Shown piece after piece: positions 40,387-50,452 of a DNA stretch of 64,000 nt. A program made the position numbers and the translations under genes. The first letter of the stretch is position 1. The number at the start of each line of letters is the position of its first letter. The stretch comes from Thalia democratica (taxonomy: Eukaryota): the NCBI GenBank assembly GCA_965202585.1, contig OZ241828.1:31248001-31312000 (forward strand). The letters run 5' to 3'. The notes under the pieces are model-generated. The model saw only the letters and a list, made by a program, of their open reading frames with translations, did not search any database and was not told the DNA's origin.

Positions 40387-41439
40387 TTTTTAGTACAATT
40401 TTTTAGACGTAATTTACAACACCTGTAAACGTAACTATTTTAAATTACAAATTAATACTTCTTACACAATTATAAAGTAATTTATTTCAACCTAAAAGAT
40501 AACAATTGAAGGTATCATATTTTTGACAAGTAGATTAATTTAACATTAACATAACTTTTAGTATCTATGACTTTTCTATATTTTAAACAATTTTTCCTCT
40601 AAATAAACATCAGTTAATAAAATTTCATTCTATAAGAACTATATTGAGATTTTAACTCTACTATTAATAAATGCATAAGTAAAACTCAGTTTAAACATCT
40701 AACAAACAGATTGTAAATTTTTAACTTTAGCTATTACTGTGGTTATCTAAATAAAGCAAATAAGTTACTTCAAGAAAAAAATTAAATCTAATTACTTAAT
40801 TTATAAACAGATTAGTATTTGCTTTAACTTCTGTTTACTTACAACTTCTACTAAGTTTTAATACCTAAATTTTGCTATAATCATTTAGGTGTTATTTATC
40901 ATTGTACTGTCTATTTGATTAGCATTGTTTGCTACTTTTTCTAAACTGATAAAAAAAGTTGAGATATTTATTTAACTACCCTTAACTTTACCTTAAAAGT
41001 ATTCATAGTAAATGCTTTACCTTAAAGTGATGTGACTATTGAAACTTCAAATTTTTATTTGAAAATATGTACATAAGTTTTCATAGTATACTAGTTCGTT
41101 AAGGTATATATAAAAATAGCTTACGACTAAAACTTATTTATTCAGAATGGTACTAGTGATTATTTGTGATATACTAAAATTAGTTTATCTAACCGATAGT
41201 AAAATTTGTTTTTAAATATTAAACAGTCATTTTCATTTAGCTTTGTTTATCTAGTATATGAGTTGAATCATTTTTTTAATTCATAATAAAATATATTCAT
41301 ACAATCCAAAAACCTAATGGGATTTACAATGGCTTAAACTGTTAAAAATGTTTTTTAAAACTAATATAATTGTATTAAAAACTTTAAATTACTGTAACGT
41401 GATAAAAACTTTATTCTCGAAACTTTAATTTAAAATTTT

Positions 41440-41530
41440 TCAATAATGATTTTAAAAGATTGATGATGCTTCTTAACTATTTATTTAACGCCTGGGTCAA
41501 AAATTGGCAAACTGCTGGCTTTGATGTGTA
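41440..41530. promoter_or_regulatory. Conserved upstream block of unit F
   Basis: Paralog of 8690-8792. Confidence 0.4.
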
Positions 41531-43002
41531 TTATTTAGCTAAAAACATACCTTAAAAAATTAAAGTTGATGCAATTAATTTAAAAACTAGGCTTTCACTA
41601 TAAAACATGTAACTACTAAGGTTGTGTTATAGCTTGTTTTGCTAAACTCGTGGATTAAAAAAGTAATTTTTATTTACCACTATATATACTTCAAACAAAT
41701 TTTGATTTCAAAAACATTTTTATATGTAGTACGGTCAGCAATTAGCTTTATCTAGGAAATATTCCTCGCGACATATAGAACACTAAGAAGCCTGAGTTTA
41801 GATAATTTGTAAAACTTGTTCTAACATGACAAAGTTAATAAAAGTACTTGTATTTAGAATCAGTATTAAGCAGATAATATTTTTTTTTCTTGTGTTAATA
41901 GTCGTACGTTTAATATATATTTTGCACTGATGAATCATAAAACGAGATTGATAATTTTGAAATGTTTGTTAAAAAAAACTTTGAAAAAATACATGTTTTT
42001 TAATTCAAGCTAGACCTACTTCAACTTTTAATATGCAAAAACTGTATCTTCTTTATCATGACTTGTAGAAAATCTTAAACAAAACATAGATAAATAGAGA
42101 TGTAAAAATATAAATACTTATAGGCCTAATTTTTTTTTATCTTATTTACATTTTATTAAAATAAATAAGATTTTATCAAAAAGCAAAAACATTTATTGTT
42201 TTTGTTGAAGAAACACTAATTATATACATTATAAAACTAAGAAAAAAAATGCAATTTAAAATATTTACGAAAAAAAATAGCTATGTTTCTGTAAACGTTT
42301 AATTGAAATATTAGTAATTTTTAACTTATTAAGAGAATACATTATGATAAACAGAATAAATTATAATGATAACCGTTACCTAAGTAGTACAAGTAAAGCT
42401 TAACTTATTGAATGCATTAATTAAGATAATAAACTAAATTTTATAAATCAATGAAAACTTGAAACAAATTTTATTCAAATTATATTATACATATTTTATA
42501 ACAAACGAAATGTTAAGAACTATTTTTCAACTCAAAAATTGAGAAAAATATTGAACGCGTTATTAATGTTTGTTAAGCATATGATAAATAACTCAAATTA
42601 AAATATATGAATTAAAAGGAGCTGTTATCAACCATATTTTGGAAAGTTTTGATTGTTAGTTTATAAATACCCAACAGCCACTTAATAAAAAATTTAGTTG
42701 TGGAATTATCGTTAACTATAATCTGATTGTACAAAGTAAATACTAATCAATTCTTACTTACTGAAAACATGCACTTTTTTTTAATACTTTAGCCGTATCT
42801 GTATTTTTCAGTATCTGATAATTAAACTTTCTACTATAACCTTTAAAAAAGAAACCAGTTATTTCTTAACGTAAATATTTTTAAGAATTTAATTTCAATC
42901 TAAAGTTAACGGAATACTTAGACTTTTAAAATGTCATTCAAAACAGTATTAGTATTGCATAATTAGAAAGAGATTTTATTTTTAAAATTGATCGGTATGA
43001 AC

Positions 43003-46000
43003 CAGTGGCGTCGCGTGGTATTTTTGTTAGGGGGTGCTGCAGATTGAGTTGTCAACTTAAAAAAATCCCCCAATTAGAAACATTAAAATAAAACTCAAGG
43101 GAAATTTTTAAGCTAAAAGTGTTTAAGATATTAGCTTAAATGCTTCTTGTTATGAATAAAAAAAAACATACATTAAAAATATATTTTATACTTATTTTCA
43201 AACATACGAGAAATTTGTTTTAAAGTATTTTATGAAGGAAATACATTACTATGTTGCTTAAAATATTTATCATAATGCAGTACATTAATTTACAATATAT
43301 CATACATTGATAAAATGTTTGTATGTATTGTCATAACTAATATATAAGTGCAAAATAAGTTTTTTTTTCGAAGATTAAAAAATAATTATTTTTCATTTTT
43401 TAATAACTTCTTACAATACAACTATTAAAAAGATTTAAAATCTACGTATTTAACTATTTGAGCATGAATAGTTTTACAAACAAAAAAAAAAAGAAAATAT
43501 GTTGAGCAAAATAAAGTTAAGGATCAAAAAATATCATTTATATCTTTTTTGTAGATTATAAAGTTAACTCAAAAACTAAAGAAACTCTTAAAGCAACTAA
43601 AAACAAATTGCTTTAAACAGTAACTTTGTTTCTTTTGAGTTACTTACTTATTTTTCACTAGTAAAAAATAACATTATAATTGAAAAAAATCACACTAGAA
43701 GGAATTTCCTTTAAAAACTTTTACAATGCAAAGGTCTAGAAAAAATTATAAATTTTACAGCAGTAAAAAAAATTAAATCATTTTTAAATTAGTTTTACAC
43801 ACTAAAAAAATTAAATAAAATTCTACTTACGTTTTAAAACATATATAATTAAAAATCACTTATAAAAAAGTAAAAAGCAAAATTTAGTCAGAATTAGCTT
43901 TCAATATAGATAATAAACAAATAAAGCAATTTTTTTTAAAAGGTCTTTGTTTGCAGATTAAATAACAACAAGTTGTAAAATAACCTTTAAACATTTATAT
44001 CTACTATCAAAAAATATTTATATAAAACAAATAACTTTTAAGAAAAACATAATTGAAGTTGATTCAGAATTAGTTTAAATATACAACATAAACAAATAAA
44101 GCAAAATCTATGTGATAGTTTTTAATTTGTTGACTAACAAAACTAAAATTTGTAAAATAATCTATTTACATTAGCATCTAATTAATGAAATACTAACTAA
44201 AAACATATAATGTATCTGAAAAAAATAAAATAAAAAGTTTATTCAAAAGTAGCATTCACTACAGAGAATTAAAAATAAATTAAAATATTTTTAGTTGTTT
44301 ACTATTTGCAAACTATAAAAATTAAAAGTTTTAAAGTAACATATAAACTTTAATACTTAACAACAACAAATATTAATAAAAAACACAAAACAAAACTCTA
44401 TCTTTTTTTAGAAAAAAAAAAAATTTACACACTCTATTAATAAAAAAAACTCTTCATTCTCATTATTTGAGTGCTATAGTTGTTACAAAAACTGATGTTG
44501 ATAACACTATAAATACCTGAAAAGTAAATATATAAAAAAGCTTGAAAAATTTCTCCTTTGCTAAAATCTCAGCTAAAAAATATTATAGGATAAAACAATG
44601 TTTCAAAAATACCTTAGCTCTAAAGACTTTAAGTTATAAAGCTAATATTTTAGTTAAAACTGCAAAAATCTTTGTAAACATAATAACTTTTTCCTCATGA
44701 TGTAATTTCTTTTCAAAGTAACAAACACATATTTAAATATAATTAACTTTTTTCATATAGTTCAAACTTACAGCTTAGTCATATAATAAACTTCAAACCT
44801 CTTGATGTACACTCTTGGGTATTAGAAATATCTGGTATTGATCTACTGTTTTTTTAACTTTGGCTTTTTAACTTCATACAAAGCATTTATATCAAGGCGT
44901 TTAAGCTGATCCACAGTCCATTCACTATAATTTGTAGTTTGCATGTTGTTATTTTTTAAAACAACCTAAAAAATTCATTATGTTGAACTATTTGTGAAAA
45001 TTTTTACACGGTATTGATATTTCACAGCTGATTTTTTTTTCAATGTGAAAAGTATCTTGTAATATATAAGTAACGCTTTCATATAATTTCGAATGTTAAT
45101 TTTTGTTATAAAAAAATGATAGACCCCCTATGTCCTTAACAAACTTTCTATATACTTTATTCCTTAAATAACTTTTTCATTTAAAATAAATAGATAAAAC
45201 TTGTAAGTTTTAATACAGGTTAATATAATTTTATTTATAAGAATTGTCTTTTGTTGTGTAAGTAAGTTTATCTAAAAACTTTAATGTATTTGCTTATAAT
45301 AAAAATTGGAGATAAAAATATAGTTTGATTTTGTTAAGTGATACTTCCCTCTTATTATAAAATTTTAGTGCTCTCCAACTTTAATTAGCTATTTGTCAAA
45401 AATCAATTTAAAGAGCAATTCAAAACAATCTATAGTTTTCTTAGAAGTCTACAAAATAAGCTCAAGCTGTATAAACTTATTTTATAAATGCTTTAACATT
45501 AATTTAAATTTCATGCCAAACCATACAGAAATCATGGAGTGATTTCAGAGTTCTTTTAATTTTTTTTTGATCAGAATCAAATAAATGCTTAAAATAAAAC
45601 TAAGGCAACAACAGGTTCTTTATGTGAGGAATTTTACAGAAAAAAAAAAGTTTCACTATATCTTACCTTTTCCTTTATTTTAAGTAATTGTTAACCAAGA
45701 TTTTTAGCAAAATAATTAAGATTTTTTAAATTTTTTAGTTTGAAATATTTTTTTTATATCTTTCATCATATTCTTGTTCTAAATATTTTTACATTAAGTT
45801 GAGAAAACTTTAGGTTGAAGATTTCAACTTGAAAACTTTTATTTTTTATGCAAATTTTATTATCAATATAAGGCAGTTACATTTAAAACTTGCATGTAAC
45901 TTTTTAGCTACATATTGCTTATTTTAATACTAAAAGTTATCAAAAATATAAATTACTTATATTTAAAAGAAATTCAATTATCTTATCTAAATAAGATAAG

Positions 46001-46659
46001 TAGCCTTTTTTTTTCTTTTACTTAAAGGTAATCTGGAATAAAAAAATATGATATATGAAAAAAAAAACAATTAATGACCATTTTTTAAAGAATTATCAAT
46101 AAAACACACATAAATTTATTGAGTTTTGAATTTTTTATTAGAATAATGTCCTTTATTAACTTGTTAGAACTTTTGGCTTATTATAGTTGTTTTTTGTATA
46201 TATGTGTTGACCACTGGGTTTTGATCTTGCAACTTTCACCTCAAAAACTAAACTTTACTTTCACTGTATTCAAGTTGTTTACATCTAGTAGTTGTTTCAA
46301 TGTATAATGTTCAAAAACTAGTTAACAGTGTATTCATATTCACTATATTCTTTATATTCAGTTTAATTCACACAGCGCTGCATTGAATGCAGCTCTAAAA
46401 ATAATCTTTTCAACAACTTTTTGTATAGGAAATTTGTATATGTTTAAAATGCAGCACACACAGTTTTAGCTTGCAGCGCCAGCCATTTAACGAATATTTG
46501 AAAACTGAATGTAAAATTTGAAAAACTAACAAATTTATCGTTAAGTTCAATGGAAAAAAAGCAGGAAAACTGAATAAAGGGAAATTTTCTTTTTTCTTCT
46601 TTTTCTTTTTTTAAAGGTGGGACTGCAGCTCCAGTGTGCCACCCCACGCGACGCCCCTG
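43003..46659 (-). mobile_element. Non-autonomous hAT-type DNA transposon, 3657 bp, copy 2 (inverted relative to copy 1)
   Basis: Same TIRs and same length as copy 1; TSD GTATGAAC at 42995-43002 and 46660-46667. Reverse complement of 8793-12449 with only scattered substitutions seen (e.g. YYSFFLY vs YYSCFLY in the passive ORF). Confidence 0.95.
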
Positions 46660-47023
46660 GTATGAACCATAATCAACATTCAATATATTTAAAATTATTT
46701 TTCGCAAAATATGCACATATTATTTTTTTTGTTTCCCTAATTAGATACTAAGTAATTTTAATAATGATACTTAAAATGTTTCAATACTTGTTCTTTAATT
46801 TACTAGAAAAAACAATTGTTTTTAGTTTAAAAAATTTATTAACAAAAATTATACAATCAAAATACAAATAAATAATTTTATAAAATACAGTACAATTATA
46901 AATGTAAAATCGACAAGCAGCTTATACTTTTAACGAAATACAAGTTAAATAAAACATAAACAAAAGTTATAAACAAAACCTAAATGTAAGCTCTTAATTT
47001 TCGCCCAGGTTCAAAAGTCGTAG

Positions 47024-48337
47024 TTACAAAAAATCGTTCTCAGTTAGAGTAATAATGGGTGGCGGAGACAGTTGCGTAACTACTTGTTGTTGAGTAGTAG
47101 TTTGTTGTTACATACCTTCTAGTTGTCCATTAGTTTGTTGTTGTCAAAAATTTGTTGCTGCGAACTAGCTTGTTGTGGCCTAGAAATTTGTTGCTGCGAA
47201 GTAGCTTGTTGTTGCCTAGGAATTTGTTGCTGCGAAGTAGTTTGTTGTGGCCTAGAAATTTGTTGCTGCGAAGTAGTTTGTTGTTGCCTAGGAATTTGTT
47301 GCTGCGAAGTAGTTTGTTGTTGCCTAGGAATTTGTTGCTGCGAAGTAGTTTGTTGTGGCCTAGAAATTTGTTGTTGCGAAGTAGTTTGTTGTGGCCTAGA
47401 AATTTGTTGCTGCGAAGTAGTTTGTTGTTGCCTAGAAATTTGTTGCTGCGAAGTAGTTTGTTGTTGCCTAGAAATTTGTTGCTGCGAAGTAGCTTGTTGT
47501 TGCCTAGAAATCTGTTGTTGCGAAGTAGTTTGTTGTTGCATAGAAATCTGTTGCTGCGAAGTAGTTTCTTGTTGCCTAGAAAGTTGAGGTCGACCAGAAA
47601 GTTGAGGTTGTGCAGATTGTTGTGTTTCTTGATATCTTCGTTCTCGAAACCACTTCTATAATTTAAAAATCATACAACAGCAGTTAAACTAATCAAATAT
47701 AAAAAACTTCTTCTAAAGTAACTTTTCATAACATCTCTCTGATAATTAAGCTGCTTAATTTTGTTTATATCAGCTGTGCACTTTCGTTGAGGCTTTTAAA
47801 AGTTTTAAAATAACTAGTATACACTTATTGATATCTAACCGCTACTTTATTCTCTGTCACACCGATTCGCTCTGCAATACGCCATCTATCGTCGAAATTC
47901 GGATTCTGGTTCATCATGAACACACCTTCCAAAACACCCCTCTTGAAATCATTAAAATGCTGATGCGCCGCTAATCTTTCAGTGATAGGTTGATACGTTA
48001 GGGACGCTCTGATATTGTTAGGCGACCCTGTTGTCAAGGAAACTAGCTTACTACTCCTTATCATAACTTTATTTTTTAGGCATAGCAAAAGCACACCTTT
48101 CATTCATTCAAATTTTATCAGTAAATAATTAGACTTGTGTATATTAGTAGTTAATAAATGTAACAAAACTAAGAAAACAGTTGCAGCTAACATAATTTAA
48201 TCGAAAAACATATAAAATTCTTCTTAATTATGAAAATAGTTATTTAACCCCTTACTCGCTGATGGATAATCATATAGGTGACTGCTGTTGCTAGGAAACC
48301 CTTGTTGTTGGAGTGCAGGAATTGAAGGATTCTGGTG
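47024..48337 (-). CDS. Unit G: PRD-like homeodomain gene, 5' part in the assembly gap
   Basis: Exon 2 is visible from the gap to 48256 (donor GTAAGG); homeobox exon 48066-47840; exon 4 from 47655 (KWFRERRYQE). Open to TAG at 47119. A 1-nt shift near 47145 and a TAA near 47108 separate it from the terminal PPPIITLTENDFL* at 47024. Confidence 0.75.
47150..47575 (-). repeat. Coding minisatellite, 36-bp unit, about 12 copies (SRQQQTTSQQQI)
   Basis: In-frame array in unit G exon 4; its unit differs from the 36-bp unit of unit A. Confidence 0.95.
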
Positions 48338-48437
48338 NNNNNNNNNNNNNNNNNNNNNNNNNNNNNNNNNNNNNNNNNNNNNNNNNNNNNNNNNNNNNNN
48401 NNNNNNNNNNNNNNNNNNNNNNNNNNNNNNNNNNNNN
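48338..48437. other. Assembly gap (100 N)
   Basis: Run of N. It probably hides unit G exon 1 and the start of exon 2, so the true size likely exceeds 100 bp. Confidence 1.
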
Positions 48438-50305
48438 TACTTTTTCACAACTAATATCAAAAGTTGAGATATTTATGTAACTACCTATATATTTCCCTTA
48501 AAGGTTTTTATAGAACAAAATATTTTAAATATAAGTTATGAGACTATTGAAACTCTATGATTTTAAACTATGAAAAAAAAAGTTTTCATAGCATACTAGT
48601 TATATGTAATAATAACTCTTAACAAAATGTTTTTTTTTTAGAATTGTACTATTGATTATTTGTGTCAACTAAAATTAGTTTCATCTAGCCGATATTACAA
48701 TTTGTTTTAATTTTAAAATAATTATTACTATTGAGTTTTGTTTATCTAGTATACGAGTTGAATCATTTTTTAAGTTAAAATAAAATATTTTCATATAATC
48801 CAAAGTCCTTATTTGGTTTAAATTGAATTAAACTATCAAAAAAATTTCTTAAACAAAATAATTTCTTTTAAAAAATGTAGATCACTCTAACGTAATAAAT
48901 ACTTTACTCCATAGTTTAAAATTTTAACTTGTACTTTTAAAACTAACTTGTTAAATTTCTTTTTTAAACAGTTAAAAATATTTTTGAATCCATCTAAATC
49001 ACATTAATAACGTTTTTAAGAAAGTATCAAATTAAATCATCTTTTAATAATTTAAGTAGTTACGTTTTTTTATAATATTAATAATGACAAGGTATAAACT
49101 ATCCTTCTTTTTTTACACCGACTAATGTTTCTGTTTGTTAACGGATTAACACACTTCAACTGATATATGTAAATAAACAGCTGTATAACTGTAATACTGT
49201 AAGGAAAGAATAAAAATATAGTAGTTGTATACATATGTCCATTAAAAATAAAAATAATTATTATAGATTTTTTTAGGTTAAAGGTTAATGATAGATACAA
49301 TACTTAATGTTAAATCCAACTGTATTAAAACTATATAACATTTGTTTTTATCAACTCTAAATGAAATAACAGCAGTTTTTTGTACACCAGGTTCTCAGAC
49401 CAAAACATTTTAAGATTTTTTTTCTCGTTCAGTATAAAATATTAAATTGAAATCAAATTTCATTATTAGAGATAAAAGAGTATTTGAACATTTCTAAAAC
49501 TAATTCTGCAAACTAGTAAAATGGTTAATATGATTATTTTAAATTTAAAACTTAAAAATTTACTAAGATATTACACTAGTTCGTAAAACAAAACTATAAA
49601 TCATGTAAGTTTTTCTTAAAAGCATTAATGTTAGCAACTATTTTGATATTTTATGCTGCGAATAAATATTAGTTTAATATATAAAAAGAATATAGCAAAA
49701 CCATAAAAACTAATTTGAGGAAAGTTTAATTGTTTTATTACACCAAGTAAATGAAACTACATAACTTTACTACTGTTGACCGAAACTAAATAAACTGCGA
49801 CTTAACATTGACATTAGTTTCACAATTAATTAATTAGTTTTTTTTCATATAGTTTAGTATTATAAACAAATAACTATTCAATACTTGTTTACTTAAAACA
49901 TGTACAGTTATTTTTCCTTGATATTTTACCGTTTTATAATTGTTTAATATTTAGTACTAGTTTATTTAAACTCAAAAAAATTCATTAATTACTTATTAAA
50001 GTTTTTAATATGTTTATTTTTATCTAAACTAAACGAAATACACACACGACTAGAACTCAAATTAAAACAATTTTTTTGTCGTACAATTATACTTTTTACT
50101 TTTAGTAATTTCAAATCAAAATTAGTTTTTATTCTATTTTAAAACCTTTGTTTTTTGTATCATCTACTCGATTTACTTTATTGGTTATTTCCGTATTTGG
50201 TCACTACGTTTTTTAAAGAATAATATCTAAACAATTAAAAAATATTGATTTTTTTCCTAATTATAACAAAATTGTTTTTAAATTTTTATATATTACAGAC
50301 AAAAG

Positions 50306-50452
50306 CTATTTTAAACCTGGATTTTCTCTAATTTGAGTTGTGGGAGGCTTAGGGAGACTTCCACAAAGTAGCACTCTTTGATTTGTTAAGTTGTTGTTCT
50401 TGTGACAACTGCATTCAAATGGAAAACATTTTTTACAACCTGGTTCTTGCAT
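50306..50452 (-). pseudogene. Unit H: isolated, truncated exon 1
   Basis: MQEPGCKKCFPFECSCHKNNNLTNQRVLLCGSLPKPPTTQIRENPGLK*; closest to unit E exon 1. Confidence 0.75.

Noticed and set aside
4390-47112. In-frame TAA at Gln-expected positions in units A, B, C and G, suggesting TAA = Gln recoding
   Set aside because: Single C-to-T changes in CAA-rich tracts explain them; TAA and TAG serve as normal stops in the lectin, E2 and family terminal codons.
47123-47661. Plus-strand Cys-rich (CCCEVV) and Leu-rich ORFs resembling metallothionein or keratin-associated proteins
   Set aside because: Antisense shadows of the CAA-rich repeat in unit G exon 4; the minus frame has the splice sites and the homeodomain.
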